Assembly (NCBI GenBank): GCA_016839585.1 | Contig: JAEOTZ010000072.1 | Coordinates: 64,001-128,000, forward strand | Source of the DNA: Promethearchaeota archaeon | Lineage (GTDB): Archaea; Asgardarchaeota; Lokiarchaeia; Sigyniarchaeales; SOKP01 | Direction of reading: 5' to 3' | Length of the DNA: 64,000 nt | Shown here: in pieces, positions 11,319-21,380 of the stretch | Position numbering within the stretch: the first letter of the stretch is position 1 | How the letters are laid out: the number at the start of each line of letters is the position of its first letter | Position numbers and translations under genes: made by a program | The notes under the pieces: model-generated | Database searches by the model: none | The model's input: only the letters and a program-made list of their open reading frames with translations | Told to the model about the DNA's origin: nothing

Positions 11319-11535
11319 TTTTATTCAATTAATTTAATAGATAAGTAAGTATAAACCTTTTTTATAAAAATTTTTTTCTGCCTAATATATTAATTCAGCC
11401 TTGATAATTCTTAAATCTTTGAATTGTTTAGGGTATTATAGAAAAAAACCAAATTTTTAATTCAATTTACAATTAGACTACACATACTTATTCAATATTT
11501 TATTAGGAAGAAATAAAGAATATGGAGAAAATGAT

Positions 11536-12993
11536 ATGGCTCGACCAAGTCCGTTAGAAATATATGCACTTTTAGATAAGTCTAATTGTAAAGAATGTGG
11601 ATATGATACATGTATGGCATTTGCTACAGATATTCTCGAAAGAAAAATCAAAGTTCAAGATTGTACTCATTTAATGCAAGAGAGAAAACAATTTAAAAAT
11701 CGAGACAAATTAATTAAACTTATAACGCCTCCGCAGAGACCTGTTACTATTGGTGTTGGTGATAGAGCAGTTACTATTGGGGGTGAAGAAGTTTTAATGA
11801 GACATCAACTTACTTATTATAATCAATCAGCAATATTTATAGAAATTGCGGATGATGATTCAGACTTAGAAGATATTGTTAAATACCTTACAGATCTTAA
11901 AATAGAAAGGATAGGGGATGTACTTACGCTTGATGGTCTTGCTTTAAGAAATGTTTCTGGTGATAAAGAACAATTCAAATTAGCAGCGAAAAAAATTGCA
12001 GAACTTTCGAATCTTCCAATTATGTTATGCTGTTTTAATGCAGATATACTATTAGAGACTGCAGAAGAAATTAAGGATAAAAGACCATTGCTCTATGCGG
12101 CAACTAAAGACACTTGGGAACAGGTAGGTAAATTTGCGGTTCAAAATGTTCTCCCTGTAGCTATAGTTTCAAGTAATTTAGATGAATTAATGTCTTTAAG
12201 TGCTACTTTACAAAAATTAGGTGTTAAAGGAATTATCTTAGATTCGGGTACTTTCTATGGTTCTGGTAAACTTTCAATTACTTATGATAATATCATGCAA
12301 TTAAGGAATGCTGCTATAAATAAAGAAGATCCTAATGCTAGTTGGCCTATAATGGGAGTACCTGCAGCTTATTGGAATCAAGTAAAAGTGGAAAATGATA
12401 AAGATCTATGGCTACATCAATATCAAGAAATTATAATGGGTGCTATAATGGAGTCAATAGATACTTCATTAATTGTGATCCATGCAGGGCAAAACAAGAA
12501 GGATATTTGGGCTCTCTTAGCCTTAATGACCTTGCGACAAAGTATTTTTTCTGATCCAAGAATTTATCCAGCTGTAGATCCTGGACTATATACAATTGGG
12601 GAACCAGATGATATGGCACCTATTTTTGTTACCAGTAATTATAGAATGACAAAAATCCCAGTAGAACAAGATTTACAGGGTGCTAATATTGATTGTTTGC
12701 TCTTAGTTGTTGATTCCGAAGGAATTGGTATTGAAAGTGCTGTAGCTGGTGGTCAATTCAATGCTGGTGGTATAGCTGAAGCCGTGAAAGAATTTGGTGC
12801 TTTTGATAAAGTTAAACATCGAATATTAATTATTCCAGGTATGGCTGCAAGATTAAGTGGATCTTTAGAAGATGAGGCAGATGCCTTTGTACTAGTCGGT
12901 CCCCGTGACAGCTCAGGTATTCCAAAATTTATGGAAACCCTATGGAAACCAGAAGAATGCATGAAAGAATACGAATCTTGGGAAAAGGAATAA
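11536..12993 (+). CDS. cdhE: Acetyl-CoA decarbonylase/synthase gamma subunit (corrinoid Fe-S protein large subunit, CdhE/AcsC)
   Basis: NCKECGYDTCMAFA Fe-S motif; IGGEEVL.RH; IFSDP; IIPGMAARLSG.LE; VGPRDSSGI. Confidence 0.92.
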   Translation: MARPSPLEIYALLDKSNCKECGYDTCMAFATDILERKIKVQDCTHLMQERKQFKNRDKLIKLITPPQRPVTIGVGDRAVTIGGEEVLMRHQLTYYNQSAIFIEIADDDSDLEDIVKYLTDLKIERIGDVLTLDGLALRNVSGDKEQFKLAAKKIAELSNLPIMLCCFNADILLETAEEIKDKRPLLYAATKDTWEQVGKFAVQNVLPVAIVSSNLDELMSLSATLQKLGVKGIILDSGTFYGSGKLSITYDNIMQLRNAAINKEDPNASWPIMGVPAAYWNQVKVENDKDLWLHQYQEIIMGAIMESIDTSLIVIHAGQNKKDIWALLALMTLRQSIFSDPRIYPAVDPGLYTIGEPDDMAPIFVTSNYRMTKIPVEQDLQGANIDCLLLVVDSEGIGIESAVAGGQFNAGGIAEAVKEFGAFDKVKHRILIIPGMAARLSGSLEDEADAFVLVGPRDSSGIPKFMETLWKPEECMKEYESWEKE

Positions 12994-13047
12994 AAATTCT
13001 TCTCTTTTTTCTATTTTTTTTAATATAAGAAATTTAACAATCTGAAC

Positions 13048-13716
13048 CTAAATTAATGACTTTATTTTATCAATGGTTAATTCTTTTATAGAATTAATAA
13101 TAATAATAATAATATGATCATCTTTATATCCTTTTAATTGATGAGCTGAATGGTTTCCTGTAAGTACTCCTATAAATGGGCAATTCAAATTATTTGAGAG
13201 CATAACATCTTTAGGATGGTCTCCAATTATAATGAATTTATTATTAGGATAATTATTTAACAATATTTCTTTTAATTTTGGGTCCAATTTCCCAAGGTTT
13301 TTTCGATCTTCAGTTTCACCTAAGATATAGTCAAAAAAACTATAAATTTTTAAATATTTTACTATTTTTTCTGCCATTTCTTGCTTTTTTGAAGTAATTA
13401 TACCTAATGAAAAATTATACTCCTTTAGTTCTAACAATTTTTTTTTAACACCAGGTAATAATTTTGATTGATAGATTCCTTCAGTTCCGTAATACTCACG
13501 GAAGGCTTTAGCTAGTATTGATGGATTCAGATTTGAAACGCTAGCAAACATTTCTTCCAATGGTGTCCCAATCATCTTTAGGATTGTAATTCTTTCGATT
13601 TTAGGAAAATTAAACTTCTTTAAGGCATAGTTAAATGAATTTACAATTCCTTTTCTATTATTAATTAAAGTGTTATCTAGATCAAAGCTTAATACTATTT
13701 TTTTATTAATCTTCAT
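13048..13716 (-). CDS. HAD superfamily hydrolase (phosphoglycolate phosphatase-like)
   Basis: FDLDNTL, ITSK and IGDHPKD motifs. Confidence 0.88.
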   Translation of the reverse strand: MKINKKIVLSFDLDNTLINNRKGIVNSFNYALKKFNFPKIERITILKMIGTPLEEMFASVSNLNPSILAKAFREYYGTEGIYQSKLLPGVKKKLLELKEYNFSLGIITSKKQEMAEKIVKYLKIYSFFDYILGETEDRKNLGKLDPKLKEILLNNYPNNKFIIIGDHPKDVMLSNNLNCPFIGVLTGNHSAHQLKGYKDDHIIIIIINSIKELTIDKIKSLI

Positions 13717-13745
13717 AAAAGGATTTAAAAAAGGAATTAATTTAT

Positions 13746-15398
13746 CTAATAAATTTTAAAACCTCTAAATAATTTTAAAAGATACATAATTTCCTCAGAA
13801 CTTTCTATTAATCTTCTCAAATTATAAGGAAAACTATTTAATTCAACCTCTTTCCCTTCAGAAATCGTATTAATCATTATTTTTATTATTTTTTTATATT
13901 TTTCAACTGTATTATCTTCAAAGTCTATTTCTGAAATAATTTCCCAAGCTTTATCTAGTTTTCCATTCAGGATACATGATATAGAGGCTAAAACATAACT
14001 ATGTACAATATGAGATTCCCCAATTTTCTTTAGATTAGCCGCTTTATAATAGTATCGATATAAATTTTTTACCATTTCTCTTAAAAGAAAATCCTTTGCA
14101 TCTTCCAGTTGCTCATAAAATTTTATGCTTTCCAAAATAAGAGTAGCTGCTGTAAAAAATTGCTTGTTTTTCAATCCTTCTTCAGCAATTTTATTTAAGC
14201 CTCTTATAATTTGATTGAATATCCCAAATCTATTAAATTCTAAGTTTCCTTCAACAGCCATATCATAAGCATTTAAATAACTTTCTGTAGATTCGTTTAG
14301 ATTATCTATCTTCCAATAATTATCGCCTGCTTTTACAAAATGCTTATATGCCATTTCAAAATTTTCTAATTCTTTAAAAATATTAGCACCATCAAAAAAA
14401 TTAACTGCTGCTTGATTAAAGTCCCCTTCCTTCTCTAAGTAATTTCCTGCTAAAATAAAACAAGAAGCACATTCAATAAGATTATTCTGTATTTCTCGAT
14501 AACATAATCCTGCACCCCGATAATATCTCGCTATTTTATGGTAGTTTTCTTTTTTCTTCTCAATAGCTTCAGCTAAATCAATATAAGCTCCAGCTTCTCT
14601 TTTTGAATATTTTACGAAACGATCATCATCATCTAGAATTTTATACAAATTTTTTAATATTTGACATATTTGAGCTGTTGTTGTACTATTATTTTTTTCT
14701 TTTAATTTAGTAATCAAATCAGAAAAGAATTCTATTCCATCTAAGATAACTTCTTTTGCTTCATTATACTCGTCTATTTCTTCATAGCAAGAGAAAATTT
14801 GTTGATAAGAATAAGATAGCAAATCATAAAAATTATGATTTTTTGAAATCTTGATTACTTTTTCATAATGTTTTATAGCATTTCTGAAATTAGAAGTTTT
14901 TAGATAAAGACTTGCTATGTTTTCATAATTTCGAGCTAATTTTCTTGTTTCATTAAACTCGCTTAAAAGGTTAGTTTCTTGTTTTAGAAATTTAATACTA
15001 TTTGTTATATGCTTTTCTTCTTGTTTACTATCTTGGAACTTTTCATGGTACAAATCTGCAATCCTTAAGTATAATTCAGCAATTTCATGTAACTTTGCTT
15101 GAAATTTATAATCAATAATCTGTTTCTCCCAAAGCTTAATAATAATTTTATATAATCTAAGAGATTGGTTAAAATCGAGTTCCTCAATTAATCCCGCAGC
15201 AGAATATAAAAATTCTCCCGCTTCAAAATACTCTCCTGAAAAAGCTATTTCATTTGAAAAATTTATCGAAGAAGATACGATTTTTTTTATCGATTTATTT
15301 CTTTCTTCAGGATCAGTAATTATTTTAATCTTAGATTCAGATTTTCTGAGTTTTTCTAAAAAATCTGAATAGTCTATGAATTCATCCTCTTCGATAAT
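13746..15398 (-). CDS. TPR/alpha-solenoid protein resembling SNAP (NSF attachment protein); about 550 aa if started at ATT 15398
   Basis: Frame stays open upstream of the track's TTG (15053) to the TGA at 15411-15413; SD GAGGAGA at 15406-15412; repeats such as ARYYRGAGLCY, ASCFILAGNY, AVNFFDGANIF, YKHFVKAGDNY. Confidence 0.75.
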   Translation of the reverse strand: MIEEDEFIDYSDFLEKLRKSESKIKIITDPEERNKSIKKIVSSSINFSNEIAFSGEYFEAGEFLYSAAGLIEELDFNQSLRLYKIIIKLWEKQIIDYKFQAKLHEIAELYLRIADLYHEKFQDSKQEEKHITNSIKFLKQETNLLSEFNETRKLARNYENIASLYLKTSNFRNAIKHYEKVIKISKNHNFYDLLSYSYQQIFSCYEEIDEYNEAKEVILDGIEFFSDLITKLKEKNNSTTTAQICQILKNLYKILDDDDRFVKYSKREAGAYIDLAEAIEKKKENYHKIARYYRGAGLCYREIQNNLIECASCFILAGNYLEKEGDFNQAAVNFFDGANIFKELENFEMAYKHFVKAGDNYWKIDNLNESTESYLNAYDMAVEGNLEFNRFGIFNQIIRGLNKIAEEGLKNKQFFTAATLILESIKFYEQLEDAKDFLLREMVKNLYRYYYKAANLKKIGESHIVHSYVLASISCILNGKLDKAWEIISEIDFEDNTVEKYKKIIKIMINTISEGKEVELNSFPYNLRRLIESSEEIMYLLKLFRGFKIY

Positions 15399-15671
15399 CT
15401 TAGTATCTCCTCAAAAAAATTAATAACTATGCATAAAAATTAATATAAAAATAAAAACAGTTTGTTTTCCTTCTTAAAGTTTAGAAAAATTTAAAAAGAG
15501 GTTCCAATAATGTGGAATTTTAATTTACACATATAAAATATACTGAATTATTTTTACAAATAGGAAGATTTCGAATATATTTGATACAATTAAAATTAAA
15601 GAATTAATTATAAATATAAGAACGATTATATAAATATTAATTAAAATCAAATTATTGAGTAGATCAAAAAG

Positions 15672-15881
15672 ATGAAACAAATTTCTGAATTATTGGAAAC
15701 AGGTATCTATGAAACGTTAACAATAGAGAAAAAAATGACTGTTGGCGATTTATTAAAGGAATTAAATCTTGAAAATAAATACTTTGGAATTCTAGTAGAT
15801 GGAAAACGCGCTGAACCTAATACTATCATTACTGAAAAATCTGAAGTTGTGGTCTTGCCTCATATAGCTGGAGGATCATAA
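15672..15881 (+). CDS. ThiS/MoaD-family (SAMP/ubiquitin-like) sulfur carrier protein
   Basis: Beta-grasp pattern TVGDLLKEL...ILVDG...VVLPHIAGG followed by one extra Ser. Confidence 0.88.
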   Translation: MKQISELLETGIYETLTIEKKMTVGDLLKELNLENKYFGILVDGKRAEPNTIITEKSEVVVLPHIAGGS

Positions 15882-15926
15882 CGTTTAAGTTAAATAAAAA
15901 TTTTTATTCTTCTTCTTATTTTTGAG

Positions 15927-15954
15927 ATTCTTATAATTCAATTCTTATAATTCA
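15927..15954. repeat. 14-bp tandem duplication (ATTCTTATAATTCA x2)
   Basis: Direct repeat read from the sequence. Confidence 0.8.
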
Positions 15955-16175
15955 ACATTTCTCCTTCAAGTTTAAAAGAAGATCTAAGATAATAAAACAA
16001 AATCTTTTTAGACTTCAGAGTTTTTATATCAAGATCAAGACGTTTATCCCAGATAATATTACCTTGAACATCATAACCTTTTAACAATTCCTAGAATGAA
16101 TTATAGTTATCCTACTAACCCATTCTATTTAAAGGAAAAAAAAAGAATGATTTAATTAGAATTTACAAATAACTT

Positions 16176-16817
16176 TCACAGACTTTGGGCTGATTTTGCA
16201 AGTGATTTCCCACAATTTGTGCAAAATTTCTTCTTTACTTTTAATCCAATTCCACAATAGGGACAAAAGTTAGTAATTTGAGGTTTTCCAGTAATTTCTG
16301 CTTCGGTTTGTGCTGATGGTGTAGTTTTAGGAGGGATTTCTTTTAATTGGTCTGGGAATCCATATAATATGATAATACTATAAACGCATATCCCCGTAAC
16401 GACTAGATCACCAAATAAATGCGCTATTAATATTCCACTAGTTAATTCTGCTCTTGCTAAAAATATAATTGCCCGAATTTCCAGAAACAAAGATATACAT
16501 GTGAATATTAGTACTATAATAGTCACAGCTTTACTTTCTTTTAATACAAGTGTTAAAACACCAAAGGTTACACTTATAGCAAGATAAACCACGCCTATAA
16601 AAATCATTGCAAGCCAAAAGAATAATCCTGCAATTATTTCTGCTGTTGCTGCTACAATAAGTTCCCCTAAATTAGTAGCATTGTAATCAAGACCGAAATT
16701 AAAGAGAACTATTAATGCTTTTAACCCATTTCTTGAGAAAGCCATTAATAAAATAGTGATAGAAAATATAAGTATTATGACACCAGCAATGGTCTTTAAA
16801 ATTTCCACTTTATTCAT
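16176..16817 (-). CDS. Membrane protein with C-terminal double zinc ribbon
   Basis: Four or five TM helices; FCPYCG...FCTNCG. Confidence 0.85.
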   Translation of the reverse strand: MNKVEILKTIAGVIILIFSITILLMAFSRNGLKALIVLFNFGLDYNATNLGELIVAATAEIIAGLFFWLAMIFIGVVYLAISVTFGVLTLVLKESKAVTIIVLIFTCISLFLEIRAIIFLARAELTSGILIAHLFGDLVVTGICVYSIIILYGFPDQLKEIPPKTTPSAQTEAEITGKPQITNFCPYCGIGLKVKKKFCTNCGKSLAKSAQSL

Positions 16818-17005
16818 GTCAAATAATCACACTTTTTCAATTAATTTGTTAAAATTTTTTTAATTAATGGATTATAAGAAAAAACTAAGATATCTCTTAA
16901 TTTATAAATTTCTAAAATAGTGTTAAGAAAATTAAATATTTATTTAAAATTATATGAGTCTAATCGCATTGAAATATATTTTTAGCTTTAAATTTTTTAG
17001 AAATT

Positions 17006-17986
17006 TCATTTAAGCTCAATTCTTAGAAGATCTTCTGCCAATATTGTGTTTGGAAAAATTTCTTTAGCTTCTTCGAGTAATTTTAAAGCATCATCTTGGT
17101 ATCTTGCTGAAATATGTGTCAAGATTAATTGTTTAGCATTCATTTTTTTAGCATCAAGGGCAGCATCAACAGAGGTAGAATGTTTCTTCTCTTTAGCAGT
17201 TTCAGCTAATATCTTAGAATATGTGGCTTCATGAATTAAAACATCAGAATCTTTTCCTAATTCTATTAGAGAATCGCATGGTGCCAAATCTCCAGAATAA
17301 GTAATTTTTCTACCTGGTCTTTTTGGACCAACAATTCCTTCTTTTACAGGGTTAATAATTTTTCCATTAAATTCAATCTCTAAACCTTCTTGAAGTTTTT
17401 TCCATGTTCTACTCTCAGGAATCCCTAATTCTTTAGCTCTTTCAGGATTAAACTTTCCGTAACGAGGATTTTCAATAAAAGAATATGCATAAGTAGTTAT
17501 CGAATGGTTAACTAGTGCGAATCTTATTGAGAAATATTTTGACTTATAAATTAAATTATCTTTTATTTTTACAGTATCTTTGGGATCCTCAGTATCTAGG
17601 CCTTCAAATTCTATTAAATTATTATTAATATGATCAATTTCTACAATTTTAATTGGATATTTAGCTTTTAAGCCTAGGATTTTTTTATGAAGATATATAT
17701 AAAGGAAAAGATTTTGAGGACCAAAAATGGTAAGAGGTGCAGTCCTTTCATTTAGACTTAATCGAAATAAGAATCCTGGAAGACCTATAATATGATCTCC
17801 ATGAAAATGCGAGACTAAAGCGATAATAGGCTTATTGAATTTCAAGCCGGCTTCAGCAAATCTACGTTGGAAATCTTCTCCGCAGTCAAATAATAAAATT
17901 TTATTTTTATATCTTATTGCTATCGAGCTTAGATTACGGCTTTTAATAGGTGTAGCTGCTGCTGATCCTAAAATAATGAGTTCCAT
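17006..17986 (-). CDS. rnz: Ribonuclease Z
   Basis: LFDCGE, SHFHGDH, exosite GKFNPERAKELGIP, YSGD, IHEATY, HST, LTHISARY. Confidence 0.95.
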   Translation of the reverse strand: MELIILGSAAATPIKSRNLSSIAIRYKNKILLFDCGEDFQRRFAEAGLKFNKPIIALVSHFHGDHIIGLPGFLFRLSLNERTAPLTIFGPQNLFLYIYLHKKILGLKAKYPIKIVEIDHINNNLIEFEGLDTEDPKDTVKIKDNLIYKSKYFSIRFALVNHSITTYAYSFIENPRYGKFNPERAKELGIPESRTWKKLQEGLEIEFNGKIINPVKEGIVGPKRPGRKITYSGDLAPCDSLIELGKDSDVLIHEATYSKILAETAKEKKHSTSVDAALDAKKMNAKQLILTHISARYQDDALKLLEEAKEIFPNTILAEDLLRIELK

Positions 17987-18010
17987 AATGACTGTTATTT
18001 AGTGTTAGTT

Positions 18011-19312
18011 TTATTTTTTTCTTAACACTGAAATCTCTAACCTTTGTTCGGCATTTTGCTTTTTTAGATCTTCAATTAAGCTTTTAAGTTCCTTCAATCT
18101 TAAAGTTAAATTAGGATCTTCTGCTGAAGCTGGTGGCGGCTGACTCTGAGGTTGAATATAACTACCTTCTAATTTTTCTTGTATTTCATTAATTTTCTTG
18201 TCTTTTAATCTAATTTGAGATTCTAGTTGTTTATATTTACCTTTTATTTGGACAGCTTCGTTTTTAATTGTTTCAATTTCTCCTTCTCTTATTTCAAGTT
18301 GTTTCTGTAGAAATATAGCCATCTCTCTTTGCATTTTTAATTGTCCTTCCAATTCACTTTGAGGTTTAGCTTGCTCTGGTGACTTTTCACCATCGTACTG
18401 CTTAAGTTGCTCTTGAAGAGATCTTATTTGATTTTTAGCCTTATTCAGTTTGTTTTGCAAATCTTGTAAAACTTCAGAAGGAGCACCAGATTGTTCTGTA
18501 TCAAATTCTACTTCAACCTGTTGTATTGTAGATATATCACTCCTTAAATTTTGGATTTCTATATCTCGTTTTTCTAAAAGTTCTTTTAAATCATTAATCT
18601 CACCTGTTAACTCAGGCTCTTCCGCTACTTTTTCTCCCTTTTTTTCCTTCTTTTTGAATTTTTCAAGTTTTTTGTTTAAATCTTGTACTTGTCTTTTAGA
18701 TTTATTTAGTTGGTTTTGAAGATCTTCAATTAAAGTTTTCTGTATTGAAGCACTTTCTTTATCTCCATCAGCAGCATTTATTAAACTCTGATTCAATTTT
18801 GAAATATCTGATTTTAGTGTAGCAATTTCTTCTTCTTTATCTTTCAGTATTTCACTAATTTCTGCTTTGTTATCAACTTGTCTTTTTAAATCATTAATAG
18901 TTGAGCTTTGTTTATTTATTTTATCTTGTAATTCATTTACTAAAGCATTGAGAGGAGATTTGGGTTTTAAATCTTCTATTCGAATAACCGAAGAATTAGA
19001 TTTTTTTTTTGTAAATTTTTCAAGTTTTTGTTGAAGCTCTATATTTTCTTTTCTTAAAAATCCCATTTTATCTTTTAATTCTCTAATTTGCTTATCTTTT
19101 TCCTCAATTCCTAAAGAGTGTATTGAATCCATTGCTTGCATTTTTTTACTCTTTTTTGTACTAACTGCAGAAGGAATAACTTCTTCTTCCAAATGCATAA
19201 TATGATCTTCGAGTTCTTCGATTTTATCGAGTAAATGGAGAATTTCTTGTTCTTTTTTCTCCAAATCCTTCTCTAATTGATTGATTCTATCTTTTAGAGG
19301 ATCTTTCGACAT
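18011..19312 (-). CDS. Long coiled-coil protein
   Basis: Heptad-rich K/E/Q/L composition along the whole length. Confidence 0.8.
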   Translation of the reverse strand: MSKDPLKDRINQLEKDLEKKEQEILHLLDKIEELEDHIMHLEEEVIPSAVSTKKSKKMQAMDSIHSLGIEEKDKQIRELKDKMGFLRKENIELQQKLEKFTKKKSNSSVIRIEDLKPKSPLNALVNELQDKINKQSSTINDLKRQVDNKAEISEILKDKEEEIATLKSDISKLNQSLINAADGDKESASIQKTLIEDLQNQLNKSKRQVQDLNKKLEKFKKKEKKGEKVAEEPELTGEINDLKELLEKRDIEIQNLRSDISTIQQVEVEFDTEQSGAPSEVLQDLQNKLNKAKNQIRSLQEQLKQYDGEKSPEQAKPQSELEGQLKMQREMAIFLQKQLEIREGEIETIKNEAVQIKGKYKQLESQIRLKDKKINEIQEKLEGSYIQPQSQPPPASAEDPNLTLRLKELKSLIEDLKKQNAEQRLEISVLRKK

Positions 19313-19453
19313 CTTGAAAAATTACCTTTATTCCTTAAAATAAAATTTTCTTATATTTTACTTATACAATTTTAGTAATTAAATTTTAACTAATATGATA
19401 ATTTTTAGTTGTGTGAAAAAGTGGTCAATTCTCTATTCATATTAAAATTAGAC

Positions 19454-21367
19454 TTAATAAAGATTAAAATCTTTAATATTAAATTTGTTAATCTTTTTCA
19501 TAATTGGAATAAGACTCAAAATATTGAAAATTATAAATGCTATAAACAGGAATGAAAGAAGAATGAATGGTAAGTATAATGGTGGTAAAGATACTCGCTC
19601 AAACAAGAAGACTGAGTTAATAATCATTCCTATTCCTAAACATAATAAAAGAGCAGGGATGATGATAAAGAGAGATTCCAAGAATAATATTTTTTTTAAA
19701 GACTTATTCTTTGATCCTATTGCCCGCATAATGAGAAAATCTTTAGCATTTTCAATGATTCCTCCTCGTTGATAAAAATTCAATATTAAAAGAGACACGA
19801 AAGCTATTATCAGGATTAAAATTATCGGGTATAATGATAAATTAAATAAATAATCTATATTTTTTTTGAAAATAGCGTCTAACTTTAGATGAATAAAATC
19901 TGCACCCAAATTATTAGTTATGTTAATGATTTCATCTATAATAATATTATAACTTCCAGATTTTAGTTTTAGTATAATTAAGTTGATTTCATCGTAAGTA
20001 AAATTTAATAGCTCACGAGATTCATTCAATCCAATATAACCAGCATAACCATTAAAGAAACTATCAATTAATACACCACAGATACCTGGTCTAAATGTTT
20101 TATTTAAACCCATAATCTCTAGATATTGATCTAAGGGATACTCAAAGAAATTGTATGCTAATCCATCTCCAATTGTCATATTTGCAAAAGAATCATCATT
20201 TGTAAAAAATCTACCTTCAAGTTCAAAATTTTGAATAATCTTCTCAGGATTTACTCCTATTATTGGAAAATTTCCAGTTCTTTGTTTTCCTACTGTTATA
20301 TATTCACCATCAATTATAATATGTCCATCCAATTCTTCAACATCATAAAAATTTATTAATCTCTCGTCTATCTTTTCAATATCATCAATTGTTTCCAGAT
20401 TATTAATGTCACTGAAATTAAAAATGTATTTTGTGTCTGTAAGATTTATTGTATCTTCATCAACTATTATTCTTGGATTTGAAAACATTTTATACATTAA
20501 GGAATAGTTATATACAACATCTTTGTGACCAATAACAACAATATTCTCACCCTGGGATTTTCTAATCCACTCCTGAGAAGAACTAGTTAAAACAATAGTG
20601 CCTAATCCCAAAGTAAAAATTATAAGAGAAATTAAACTAAAAACAATGATATATCTTCTAAATTCTCCCTTTCTTCTTATATTATTAATTACTGAAATTT
20701 TTAAATTAAATCCTAGTTTTGAAAGCCACTTTGGAACTAAACTTAATCTTTTCTTAGCATGAAAATTATAAGGTATATCTGCTGAAAAAGTTTTAATTAT
20801 TTTTTGAGCTCCAATTTTCCTTAAAGCATAACCAGTTACAAAAAAAATACCCAAAATACAAGAAATGAATATAATAGGTGTATAAAACCAATCAATTTGA
20901 AAATTTATAGGAACATTTAATAAAAACATGATTAAAGTAAATATTCCAAATGATATCAAGCCCAGAATCCAGCCAAGGATAAAACCTAGTATAAAAATAA
21001 TAAATGCTTCGAGAAGATAAAAGCTATATAATTTCCCTGGTAGGGTACCCAACGCTTTCATTATTGCAATATCTCTTTTCTTATGGATAATTAACGTAGT
21101 TGTAATGACAACAACTACAACTATTGATAAAATGATTACTAAAACAAGTACTAAAGAAATAAACTCTTTATATACTAAATTAATTGCACCTGTAAAGAAA
21201 TAGTTATTTTTTAAACTGGTAGATATTATCATATTTAAACCAAATGAAGATGTGAAATATATTAAAAATTCTGTTAAAGCAATTACCAAAACAATAATCA
21301 GTAAATAAGGGATGGTGGTATCCCTCTTTCGATATATATCTTTTAAAACAAAATCAAGTGAAGTCAC
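19454..21367 (-). CDS. ABC transporter permease, FtsX/MacB-like (two FtsX domains)
   Basis: KRDIAIMKALG and DFLIMRAIG motifs; large extracellular loop. Confidence 0.9.
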   Translation of the reverse strand: MTSLDFVLKDIYRKRDTTIPYLLIIVLVIALTEFLIYFTSSFGLNMIISTSLKNNYFFTGAINLVYKEFISLVLVLVIILSIVVVVVITTTLIIHKKRDIAIMKALGTLPGKLYSFYLLEAFIIFILGFILGWILGLISFGIFTLIMFLLNVPINFQIDWFYTPIIFISCILGIFFVTGYALRKIGAQKIIKTFSADIPYNFHAKKRLSLVPKWLSKLGFNLKISVINNIRRKGEFRRYIIVFSLISLIIFTLGLGTIVLTSSSQEWIRKSQGENIVVIGHKDVVYNYSLMYKMFSNPRIIVDEDTINLTDTKYIFNFSDINNLETIDDIEKIDERLINFYDVEELDGHIIIDGEYITVGKQRTGNFPIIGVNPEKIIQNFELEGRFFTNDDSFANMTIGDGLAYNFFEYPLDQYLEIMGLNKTFRPGICGVLIDSFFNGYAGYIGLNESRELLNFTYDEINLIILKLKSGSYNIIIDEIINITNNLGADFIHLKLDAIFKKNIDYLFNLSLYPIILILIIAFVSLLILNFYQRGGIIENAKDFLIMRAIGSKNKSLKKILFLESLFIIIPALLLCLGIGMIINSVFLFERVSLPPLYLPFILLSFLFIAFIIFNILSLIPIMKKINKFNIKDFNLY

Positions 21368-21380
21368 TTTCTAATACCAT

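Noticed and set aside
11536-12993. Possible HgcA mercury methylase
   Set aside because: Lacks the N(V/I)WCA(A/G)GK cap helix (has GIESAVAGG) and the TM domain; it has full CdhE architecture
15411-15422. Selenocysteine read-through of the TGA upstream of the SNAP-like gene; TGA stops of redox genes at 28771 and 41381
   Set aside because: Another stop follows within a few codons, none sits at a catalytic Cys position, and I recognised no SECIS-like element
15938-16087. 49-codon - strand ORF (LLKGYDVQGNIIWDKRLD...)
   Set aside because: No SD, upstream in-frame TAG stops and no recognisable family; possibly a gene remnant but unsupported
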